A DNA stretch of 58,701 bases, the filler included, from Sphacelaria rigidula (lineage: Eukaryota), in assembly GCA_964200075.2 (NCBI GenBank). It is 7 parts of 7 records of this genome, joined end to end, with 100 filler letters (N's around TTAATTAATTAA, not from the genome) between each part and the next. Parts side by side here need not be neighbours in the genome. Positions count along the whole stretch, not along the records: positions 42,004 to 50,302 come from CAXNAA020011608.1; positions 50,403 to 58,701 come from CAXNAA020011609.1; 5 more parts are not named here. The stretch is one strand, 5' to 3'. Position numbers and translations under genes: made by a program. How positions within the stretch are numbered: the first letter of the stretch is position 1; each line of letters begins with the position of its first letter. Below are positions 47,822 to 58,701 of this stretch, one piece after another. Below the pieces are notes generated by a model that was given only the letters and a program-made list of their open reading frames with translations, did no database searches and was not told the DNA's origin.

Positions 47822-50235
47822 GGGAAGCCTACGCGATGTGCACACGCCTTGCCCCCTCCTCCGAAGCCCACAGACGAACAACCTGGACTGTACAGCGGTA
47901 GCGCAAACGTTCAATACACGTATATTATCATTAGTACAGTACAAAACCGTACAGTACATCTTCGCAGCAGCACAGAGCGCTGGCTCTGGCCGCTGGCTCT
48001 GAGCGCTACGAGTAGGAACTTACGGCCTTCGAAGGTATTTACCCAATTTCGCTAAAAATCACACTACAGCAGAGTGCCGCACAGGGTTATTCAGCCGAGA
48101 AGGAGAGCTCATTTTTTTTTTCTCGCTTTCGGAGAAGAATAACGTACAACAGTCAGTACGTACAGTACCCCAATTTTTTCATTTCGCATGCGACGAAAAC
48201 ATGTGCACTCAAAAAAATCGTTGCGGCAAGCGGCAAGCCGTAAGTTGCAACATTGACATCGGGGGGATGTGCGCTTTTCCCAATTTCCTATCAGTGTGCG
48301 GTACCGCAATGCCGCAGCAGCTATTCTGTCTGAAGCGCCGCCCAAACCGTACGGTAGACAGTACAATTGCGCTTGGCGTGGTATATACGAGAGATGAGGT
48401 GCAGTTAACCCTTCGACAGTGACCCCCCCGCAGGTGGACTGAGTTAGACTCAGCCACATGTGGTGGTTCAGAACAGCTGTCCTCTGGCTACACAAAACGC
48501 CTTTTTCATAATCATGTGGATGCTGGGAATCTATGCAGAAGATGGTTCGGGAGAACTCCTGTCCGATTTTGACGGTGCAGTCTGAAGCATTCAGAGTCAG
48601 CATGTGTGCGGTATGTCTCCGCTGGATACAACTGCAAGAGTCAGCGTGCCACCGTTCCACTGAACACAATTAACTACATAGTGCTGATGTCTCTGCTTAG
48701 TGTTGTTCAACATTGTAATACAGACAACAGTGTAAAGCTATACTGTACGGGCAGCACACGAGGCGTCAGACAGGCGGCACAGACCTCGAGCAGACTATAA
48801 CACAAGTCATTTGTACCCATGTAACCTATGGTTGAACTGCCATGACCGGAATGAGATATGCCAGTAGACAGCGAAGTAGTCCACCTCTAGGGGAACTACG
48901 TGGTCATTTTGACGACCGTGATTGGTCAGAGTGATCATCCCGCGCCTCTCCGGCCTTGTTCCTGGCTTAGAATCTTCCGTGGGAAACTTCCGAACACACA
49001 TGGTAGTTTTGGTGAGCTTTTCGGCTGCTCCACGGCCCGATCCCCCCCCGGCCACTGGAAACCCCCAAACGTCTCCGGACTACCAGCCTGTGAAACTGTT
49101 CCGAGGCGACGCTCGCTGTCAAAGGGTTGATGAACATGCAGCCCCGGTACGATCCCCCCCAAAAGTCGCCTCCGGCGGCCCTCCTTGGGGGGGGTGAGGA
49201 GTGGGGGGGGCAGGCAGGGGGCTAAATTGCCGCAACAACGGTGTACGACTTATCTGAAACGTTTGTAACTAGGTCTCGTGATGACCGCTCGATGTTCGAA
49301 GAAGAGAAAATCCGTACCTGCTCCCATCAACTATTATAGTCATAAACCTAAAAGTGAGTGGTTTGTTTTGATGCCAGTACATGGTAGTGTGAAGTGACCT
49401 GTCTATTCGTTCACACAATGCCCAATAGTCCGCGGAGAGTGACCATGTCGTGGATACCAAAATTCGACGTCACGACGAGCAGTGTTAATCATTTTCCATA
49501 ATATGGAGGGATTCGTGTGGGGGATTATGTACTTTTTGCTAGTTACTGTCATATTCCGCAGTTTCAATTGTCTCAGACCAAGAGTGGAGATCATCACGGG
49601 AAGAGGGGTGGGCACTTCCAGCATCAAGAGCTCGCTTCACGGGCGGTATGCGGAGGTTTAAAAAGGATCATCACGCATGAGACCCATCACAGCACACATC
49701 GCCAATTACTGCTACTGAAAAGAGGGGGCGTCCCGGTAATACACGGGGAAATTGTGCAGGATTCTCTACATGCCAGCCCCACCCCGCGCGAACGGATTTC
49801 AAATCACACTTGTTTACACTATATATGCATGATATTGCTTGCTGTCTGTGTACGTTGTGTATCACCACTCGCTCCGCCACATCTTGTACAGCGGTCGGTG
49901 GTGCACGCAGGAGTAAAAGGCCGCCTCTGCCGCTATAATACCTGCCTGTATGTTGCGCGGAGCTGCATGGTAACACAGCCGCTATGGTGCGCAAGCCGGC
50001 TGAAACACCACATACCGTGGAGATTCCTACACTCTGTCTTGAAGTAAAACTGCGCAAGTCGCAGTAGGCAGTAGCTTCTATCCTGTTGTGCATAATATAT
50101 CGTTTTGAATTCATTACCGACTGTAGAAAGCTCTTGTCCAGGATGTAATACATTTTCACATATATTAGGCGGTGAGATCGCGAAATAATCAACAGCACAT
50201 GGCCAAAGCAGAAGTTAGGAAATCACCGAAATATT

Positions 50236-50302
50236 CAGGGAGGGATACGTGACACGTTCGAAAACACGTAACTTTGGGTCATTTAACGCTACGTAAGATT
50301 TG
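50236..50302 (+). mobile_element. Left end of the hAT MITE family seen at 57549, cut by the contig end
   Basis: CAGGG start and ACGTGACACGTTCGAAAACACGTAACTTTGGGTCATTTAACGCTACGTAAG matching 57580-57630. Confidence 0.7.
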
Positions 50303-50402
50303 NNNNNNNNNNNNNNNNNNNNNNNNNNNNNNNNNNNNNNNNNNNNTTAATTAATTAANNNNNNNNNNNNNNNNNNNNNNNNNNNNNNNNNNNNNNNNNN
50401 NN
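50303..50402. other. Artificial contig linker
   Basis: Same spacer. Confidence 0.98.
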
Positions 50403-52542
50403 GCAGAGCCCACCCTTTCGATGCACAAAAAAGTTCACCGGGGCGGCGGGCCGGGAGGGGGGGGGGGCAAAACCCCCCCCCCCCCCCCCCCCTCCCCCCC
50501 TCTCGAATGAGTACGCTCTCCCAAACACGGGTGTACCCCCCAGGTACCATATATATTGAAGAGAGAAAGTGCAGGCTGGTCCCACTACTCGAGGGGAAAG
50601 GGTCCCTGGGGCAAACAGCCCGAGCAGCAGCAGAATAAAGCACGAAAAATAAGTCTCTGGGGCAACCAGCTGATTCCCCGAGTGCGCTCACTTGGCCTCA
50701 TCGAATATTCGGGCGCTTGCACCATATCAAATTATGCCAAGCTATCCGATATGGTCTGTGGTCTGGTGGTGGAAGTCAGGGGACGGGCTGAAAGAAAAAT
50801 TAGCATACAGCAACTATACGAGTACAAGTAATGGGTTCTTGTTCGATTGTCCTGAAAAAAAGTGTGCGCGTTGCTCATTCCCAGGCGAGAACAACGATGC
50901 CATTCGACAACCAACTCATACGTTCGGAACCGAAGCCCAAGATACGTATTAGGGGAACGTCTACGAATGTGTGATATTTCCAAGGTTTCTTGAATGCCCC
51001 GCTCGAGGTTGAGAGTTTGGAACCTGTGGACAAGAAGTATGTGCGTGCGCATCGACCATCTGAAGGTCATCAATAGTGCTGTCCTCTTTATGTTCCGAAC
51101 ATGAGAACGGCGGATATTATCACCGAGAATTCAACCAAATAAATAGACTCAACTGAAAAATACACGATAATACCAAACAGCAGTAAGCCATGATGACTTT
51201 TGAATCGTCGAGGCGCAAGTTTGCTCGAAATTTCAGGTCCCAACTCTCAAAGCTCGAGCGAGGAATCGCCGAGGAGATTTCTAATCCTCGAGTAGTACTG
51301 CAGTGGGACTAGCCAGCCGATATCTCACCTACTTTTCGACCGGAAGCCATTACAGTAGTAGTTGTATACAGCCATGTAGTTGCATAAGTTTCTCATATAA
51401 AACCATAGCAGGTGTCTGTAGACAACTATTGATGTCCTAATCTATTTGTTGTCTACAGGCAACTAACTGGTGGTACAGGTTTCTCATGCGGTATGATCGT
51501 TGTTTCTCATCCGGTGGTTGTCTGCAGGCAGCTACGACAGCTAGTAGCGCTACATCTTCACACCCGAAAACTTCCATCTTTGCGGGAAAGTACTCATAAT
51601 GCAATGCAAAGCTATTTTATCCAGTAAAAAATCATGAGTCCGGCCAAAAAGGTCAAACTGGACCCACTAATGGGAGGGAAAAATACGCCGGATCTTGCTG
51701 AAACCCCATTATCGGGGATCGAGGACCATCGCAAGTCTTCCCGACGTGGGACAGTGCAGCAGACACCCTTTCAGAGTACGAAGAGACGCCGAACCACAAA
51801 TAAATGTGTGCGGGCACTTTTCTCGTGGAGCGTATTTCATGTCTTGAGGGAGTGCTCTGTGAGCGCTGTAGTAAAGGTTGCACAGAGTGTGCTGACGTTA
51901 GAGCTCCAGGCGCTTCCACGGCTTGTTGTTTGTACACGTTCTCCACAATTCCGAGGTCTAATCGGAGTTCCTCGGGCTTGCCTCGGGCCCGATCCCCCCG
52001 CAAAGTCCATGCGCCTTCAACATGAGAACGTGTACAGTCGGTATCTGGATATATATGATGAAGCCACGATGTCGTGATGAGTGTCGCGCTCAGCGCTGGG
52101 TATATTCCCGACACGCTTCGCGAGTTTTTATTCTGGTGAATGGCGACTTCACGTCATTTCGTGGTGTTCCTGTGCGCAACTTTCGGATTGCTGTAGTTGG
52201 TCCTTGGTTGGTATGTAATTGATGCTTGATTTGTATCCGTCGTGCGCATCAGGATGTGAAGCAATTGAAGCACTCTCCCATGCAAACATACGACTACACA
52301 ACACGTACAGACAACAATACTATCAACTTGAGCGCGAGATATCTTTCAAACCCACGACCGCCTACTTCACGAGCACATCGCATCATCACGACACAACCCG
52401 GTCGATATCGCGGGGCAGTACAGTACCGCACATATTACAATACAACAAACATTGGTACTCGGGCGCCATGAAAAGAGTTTCGGAACGAACACCCCCGCTT
52501 CTGAAAAGACATGACCTGTATGACAGGACCAGTACAACCGTA

Positions 52543-52641
52543 CTGTAGAGGAATCTCAAACTCGAAGTTCCCAGTATATTGGAAAATGAATTCCTTGGTA
52601 AATATCCCGGGAACCTCGAGTTTGAGATACCTCTAATATAG
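52543..52641. mobile_element. ~100-bp palindromic MITE flanked by TA (Tc1/mariner-like)
   Basis: TAGAGGAATCTCAAACTCGAAGTTCCC / GGGAACCTCGAGTTTGAGATACCTCTA. Confidence 0.75.
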
Positions 52642-54289
52642 TAAACAATATACTACTACTTGTACCCTAAGGGTATCGGCGATGATAATGGTATGATCAA
52701 ATGGAGGTAGAGGCGAAACTTGAAAGAATTCGACGACCGTACGATAAACTGATCGAAGGAATGGAAACTAAGCAGTAGCTGTGGCAGCATTGAACACCGT
52801 GTCTGTTGAGCACCTACAGTTACTATCCACCGGTTAATTTCGGAACGGTCTTGCCGACACAGTACACTTTTCGGGGACATGCGATGGGGAGGAAGCTTGG
52901 GGTTACCCCGTGCGATACAAGTACAACCTCTCGCCCAAAAGCTCGTGCGTATCGAGTAGAACTAGGACAAGGACAGCAGAGGATCAAACCTGATGTGCAA
53001 TTTATAATGGTCATCATACGACAGTACAGTGGTCGACGTTCACGATCTCTGAAACCTTGCCACTTCGTGCACTGAAGGACTACAAAATTCAACCACATTG
53101 AGGTGTGCGTTGTACATACATTGTTTGTCCACTTCTACTCAGATGAACTATAGGACAGAAAACAAGTCATTACTGAGAGAAGCACATATGGCAAAGGGCT
53201 CTCCTAAAACTGCAGGCTCTCATGTGATGTCGCAACCAGTACAAGTAGAGATAGTAGACGCGGGACGAGTAGGGTTACTCGAGAGCGGTCAGTCGCGTTG
53301 AGACGTGCGAGGCCTGAACTGCAATACACATGTACTCTGCCATGATCGAGGGTGGTCGTTGCCGGACCATGCATTGCCGAAATTTCGGAGTTTCAGCATC
53401 CAAAATAAAACACCACCCATATGAAAATCCGTGTGCCTGGTCATCGGTGCAGCACCGAGTGTAGGGTATACTGTCTGTATAATTCTACTGTCGGTATGGT
53501 CAGTGGTATTCCTAACACGAGCGCGTAATTGAAGGTCTCGCACAGCAAGCAGTGAGCGGCCCATGCAAGCGGCTCATCGTCACGTGCCCAGTGCTGCGCG
53601 TCCTTAGCTGGTATTGATTCGGCTGAAGAGAAAAAGCGGTGCGTTGCCCCGAGAAGTTTTACCAGAAGATTCCGCGGTTGAAAAAAAACTTTTTATTACG
53701 GCAAAACAGGCGCTTCCTACAGGCCAAGATCAAAGACCGATAGCAGCACGTTTGTTGTCCTCTCCGTCTTTGTCTGTACAAAAAGGGTTCGCTTCAGCGT
53801 TGTTTCTCGTGCCCCATCGCTACGTTCCCACGCAGAGTGTATGGCTCGTCCAACAACACTGCAGTACGGTATTTAATGAACCGTCAGCCACTGTGCTTTA
53901 CTCGCGACAACCGGCGTGGTCGAGACACAAGCCTCGGCAACAACAAACAAAATCTTCGAGCCTTCGTAGAATACATCTACGACATCTGCGACGTTTTATT
54001 TAGCGAAAAAAGAATGCACGCTGTTGTATGTGCACATCAACACGTCAACAGTCGCACAACTTATTGCCTATTCCGAAAGGAAAATATAAATATGCTGCAC
54101 CAAGTGACCATCGTAGCGCAAAAATATTTTTCTGGACGCGAAGGACAGATTGCCACGACTCGTGAACCCCGGTTGTTTTTGTTTTGGGGCCTTCTGGACT
54201 TGAAACATATTGGTCACCCTGCCCCCCCTCCCCCCACGCCTAAGCTATACACACTCTGTAGAAGGGCTCATGCAGATTGATACCTAGCA

Positions 54290-55510
54290 AGCAGTACTCC
54301 TCAAGCGTCACTTGAAATCCTTTTAGAACACACGCACAACGCTTTGACTTCGCCGGCCCAGCGAAATGTCTCCTTTTATTTCACACCTGCTTTCTCTTGC
54401 AAACGTGACGAGGCGGCTTCTGTCCTGCAGTACGAGATCGAGCGCAGCTTGCTTTCGAGAGCAAGGCGATCTCGGACCAATGCGTCCAATTCCAGCACCA
54501 TAAGCTCCCTGCTTATGATGTCTTCACGACCGTGCGCGGGCGGGGGGTATGACTGTAGCGCGACGGTAATTTTGGAGTGGATCATCACGACCTCTTGAAG
54601 ACGACGCATCAATCTGCTTGGTGTCTCGTACTTTGCCAGCGCGTCCATCGTTTTGGTGCGCTTGCCTCGATCGTGAGATACGCTACCGATCACCGCCACG
54701 CCGCCCTGTTGTTTCACCATGCTCGACAAACTCTACCTCTTCGTTTGTATAACGTCGTACAAAGTTTGGAAATACGTCGTAGAGGACAGAGCAGACCGTA
54801 CAGCACAGGACAGGACACTCCTACACTCTTCCTTTCGAGCCCCAACGGCGCTTGAAAGGTCTGTAGTTATATGTCATCTGTGCGGAACAACCAAATTGTC
54901 TGTGTGTTGCATCTTTTTTTTTTTTCGCGCTGAAACCGTCAAACCCCTCGAAGGTCGGAAATCGAAATCATCCACTTTTCGAAACGCATTGGCGCTACCG
55001 ACGTCGATATACAGTACACACATCGCAGACCTCTCGGGTTCGCTCGTTCACCGGGTGATGTAAGGAAGGCAAGCTTTCACAGCACTTGCTACTAACTGTA
55101 CCGTTACCCAGCATACTGTAGACCAGAAAGAGAGCAACGCCGCGCTGTACTGTAGACTACAGTAATGTAGGTGGTTCGGAGTTGCAAATTTGGTCGGTCC
55201 GCAGCACCATATCACGACGGCGTACCGGAAGCCCTTCGCAGTTCGAGAACACCCCAAATGTGCGCTGCATTACTTGTAAATATTTATTGATATTGTTATC
55301 CTCCGTATGCTGCAGTAATTCCGCGAGCGTCTTCCATACGGGCTTGATTACCTCGAAAACTGTCCTGCTACTGACCGCGAAAGGTACGCCAATCGTCAGA
55401 TCTCCGAGAGGCCTTCCCAGCGCTGAATCTTTTGTTTTCCACAGCACCATATTCGTCGAGACAATCATTTCGTGTTGAAACACATGCGACGCCGTCTGTG
55501 TTTATCTGTG
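54290..55510 (-). pseudogene. Protein-like exon remnants of unknown identity
   Basis: ORFs 54376-54729 (ELDALVRDRLALESKLRSISYCR) and 55157-55483 (VFEVIKPVWKTLAELLQH) look coding and lie near splice-like signals, but are bracketed by stops. No family recognised. Confidence 0.25.
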
Positions 55511-56383
55511 CACTAGAAAAAACGTGTCGTTTTCGGCACCCACCTTGACTGTATTTCGATCGATTCTGCTCACTATTTGAAATCCGTACTTTGTTGCTAC
55601 CTCGTTGCCCTCGCAGGGCATATGCGCAGGTCTGTCTCGGGCATGGAAAACGTGGTGACTTGCCGACGGAAAAGACTGGACTCATTGCACTAGGATAATG
55701 GAAGGAGAGGTGACGGCAAACGTTGCCAAAACCTTGTTGGTGTCCACCACGGGGTGCGTACCGTCCAGATACCATTGATTAACCCGCACCGCTGCAATAG
55801 GCACCCTGTACATGTTGAGCGGATTTTCTGTGGTTTGCGCCCTCCCGCCAATGCACCCGGGGCCAAGGGGGAACGGCGGGTGGGGTTATCATCGCATTAT
55901 GCTGCATCAGAACGACGAGGTTAGGTGCAATCCAAACAAATGAACTGAAATATAGACAGCAGCGTACTGTACAGTCAGTTTGAAATTAGTACTTCGTATC
56001 ATGTACTTCGTATACTATTGATAATGGCAGGAACGAACTCGCGCAGAGTCATCTCAGGTATAGCCGCGCGTTGGGCAATCACTGGCTCGGTCGCCGAGAG
56101 AGTTTTGGTGCTCCCTGCCGTGCGGGCATAATATTCACAGTATAAAGATGAAACAAGACGCGCTGCTCCGTTGATCTACACAACAACAGTGGCTGATGAT
56201 GGGTTCCATTGGCTCGTTTTTCAAGGCTTGCAATTCGATTGGTATAGCGGAAGCAGATAGATGGTGGTGATGGGCAGTGGTATATGGCAATAAGTGTGAA
56301 CATCTTCATGTACCCATCGTCTGCTTGTTGATCGTTTTTATTGCTGGGCATTAAGTGGTTTGATACTAATGCCAGCCGTGTCC

Positions 56384-56384
<1 letters not shown>

Positions 56385-56427
<43 letters not shown>
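56385..56427 (+). repeat. Long poly-C homopolymer near a 10-N scaffold gap (56480-56489)
   Basis: Direct reading. Confidence 0.9.
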
Positions 56428-57548
56428 ACCACGGGGGCGCGTGGGGGTGGGGGGGCGCGCGGAAGGGACGAAAAAAGCCNNNNNNNNNNCCCTCTTTGTT
56501 TGTTGTCGTTTTTTTTTGCGGGGCTTTAGGGGGTTGTTTTCAAACCCCGCCCCGTCCCCCCCCCCCCCCCCCCCTCCCTTCACCCCACCCACCCCTACAG
56601 AATGAGGGGTTGGTGCGGGGGTGAAGCGAAACGAACCAAGGGTCAAATCGTAATCTCGTGCCCTCTCCCCAAGCCCAAGCGACTGTTTTTGTTGTTGTCT
56701 ACATGTGCCGTGTGACGACCAACAGACCGGGGATCGCGAGAAGTGAGCCTTCGCTCCCAACTTCTGCAGTGATCGGTTTTTCACCGGGTTCGCCTGTCCG
56801 CTACACAATCACATACGGTCGTGTTCATAATCGGACTTTCATTTGGTATATATTATTTAGCGAGAGGCCTCGTCGCGGAGGTGTTCACTGGATTGACGAA
56901 CCTTCGGCATGTCGCACTGCAACTGCGCACTCAATGGTTGGTGTTTAGCAGTGTGAGGAGATTGGTTTGCCATCTGGATGCCATGGGTCGGTCGTGGGTC
57001 AGGTGCCAACAATGCATGGCATTCCTCAACAAAGAAGCACTCTCTGGACAGTGCAGTGGTAAATAGAAATTGTCATATTCCGGACGACCAGCTCGAATCT
57101 ACTTTTACACCAGTCACGTTTGTTCCAAGAGTTCAAGCGGTGGCACATGAGCAAAAAAATGTACCACTACGGAAAGGAATCAGGGACAGTGCGCGCGTTC
57201 CGTTTTGCCAAGAGGGCGGTGGGTGTTTGGGCATTCAGCTTGTTGTTCCAATAGGTGCAACTGGGCGTGTCTTGAACGGGACTGAATATTTAGGTTGTAA
57301 AGTGGGCTAAGAGAGGTGGGGAGGTGGGGCCGTCACCCGCCCGGAAGGAGTATGATGATTATCCGAATGGGGATGAACAATGACGACGTGTATGACTGAC
57401 AGTCTTGAGAGCGTGAAGGTAGGCGCCTCGGGATTTTTTTTTTTTTTTCGTAGTTTCGGCCGGTATCACCGTTTTTTCAAAATAATTTTCGACTTCTTCG
57501 ACAATTTTTCCGACTACTTGTCGAAACAAGAAGCACCGAGGAAAAAAT

Positions 57549-57972
57549 CAGGGGTATGCACGTTACACGTGAGGCTTGAACGTGACACATTCGGAAAAAC
57601 GTGACTTTGGGTCATTGAACGCCACGTAAGGCCTGATGTTTTGGATGGGATAAATGTAATGTAACGTGCGGTAACGAGAGGTCCTTTGCATGAACCCTAA
57701 CATAGCGTTTTACTCTCCAAATGTGACGAAAACTGTGCTCATTTTCGTGGAATTTCAACGTTTGACGCGTAACGTTAAAAGTTTACAAAAACAGCCTTTT
57801 TTCACCTCTGGAAAATCCCAAGAGACACTGCTTCAAGGTCCACCCGTTACATCACGTTACATTACATTTGTCCCGTCCAAAAAATGAAACCTTACGTCGC
57901 GTTAAATGGCTCCAAGTTACGTTTTTTCCGTATTTTTTCAAATGTGTCACGTGTGTGACGCGTATATCCGTG
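57549..57972. mobile_element. 424-bp hAT-like MITE with long TIRs and perfect 8-bp TSD
   Basis: CAGGGGTATGCACGTTACAC versus CACGGATATACGCGTCACAC as the reverse complement of the right end. Inverted arms ~140 bp. TSD GAAAAAAT at 57541-48 and 57973-80. Confidence 0.9.
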
Positions 57973-58701
57973 GAAAAAATGCTCCGCTAGATTTTTCAAA
58001 TACTGTAATGTGTAGACAGTCTTCACTTGATATATTTCTTGACTTGGTTGCTAAATCTACTGCCACATTTTCTCATTTTTCGAGGAGGAAGTTTCTTTGT
58101 CCGAAAGAAGTCGGAAAAGTCTCGAAAAATATAGCACCGTTAATAAAAGCAACCACTAATCGCGTACTGTAATGAATTACTCGTCGGGGTGAAATGTGGT
58201 TGTTTTTTCTGTGTTGTTTTGGGGCTGATTTTTGTTCCTGGCTTTTGATCTCATGTGCTACACAGGAGATCCCAGCACAGTGCAGTGGGTCGAATTATAC
58301 CGGGAACCTTTACTATACTCTAACAAAAGTGTACAGTGCAATTGCGGGACTTGATGTGAATATAGTAAATCCGTGTACTACATACATCATTGCCCCAAGT
58401 CGGCTGAGTTTTGGAGTTGCCACGATCTGGACAAGAGGACTATCCACGAGGGACTCCTCCAGTAGCACTGGCCTCCTGCTCATCAAGTCCTCTTTTCTCA
58501 CTCGTTATTATCACGGAGTGATCCTCAACAGACCACATCACAAGCCAGCAGCAAGGGGCTACGCAGATAAGGGCAATCATTCCAGGATCCCCTGTCCCCT
58601 GCGACTGCTCCAATCATGCAATTGTACTGAAACCTACGGCTTGATATCTTTTGACTGCAGAGGCAAAGGAGGGGGGGGGGGGGGGTCGTCATCGGGCTGG
58701 T

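Noticed and set aside
51634..52077. ORF with NLS-like start (MSPAKKVKL)
   Set aside because: No recognisable domain or supporting structure; cannot be supported from sequence alone.
56079..56808. Poly-Gly and poly-Pro ORFs
   Set aside because: Homopolymer tract beside a scaffold gap; low complexity and possibly low-quality sequence.

Overview
Eukaryotic, repeat-rich DNA, probably from a brown alga or a related stramenopile. That assignment is an inference from recalled resemblance of the Copia and LINE peptides to Ectocarpus-type elements, plus GT-AG introns. The window is not one locus. It is seven separate contigs of 8301, 8301, 8301, 8300, 8300, 8299 and 8299 bp (size-sorted), joined by an artificial 100-bp linker (N44-TTAATTAATTAA-N44), so nothing can be inferred across linkers. 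The only confidently identified host gene is two minus-strand exons of the U4/U6 snRNP WD40 protein Prp4/PRPF4 (12700-12891 and 9569-9637), which the ORF track misses. The rest is mostly transposon debris: a decayed Ty1/Copia with 3' LTR, 5'-truncated LINE copies next to poly-C tracts, a tRNA-like SINE, Tc1/mariner-like and hAT-like non-autonomous elements with readable TIRs and TSDs, Helitron-like elements, a 4.7-kb 45-bp satellite with higher-order structure, and a degenerate multi-zinc-finger gene. I see no clear novel multi-gene system. The best leads are: MITEs with AACA...TGTT ends and 4-bp TSDs that fit no canonical superfamily signature I know; a LINE associated with poly-G/C tracts; three unrelated internal minisatellites with the same ~41-bp period; and the higher-order satellite.
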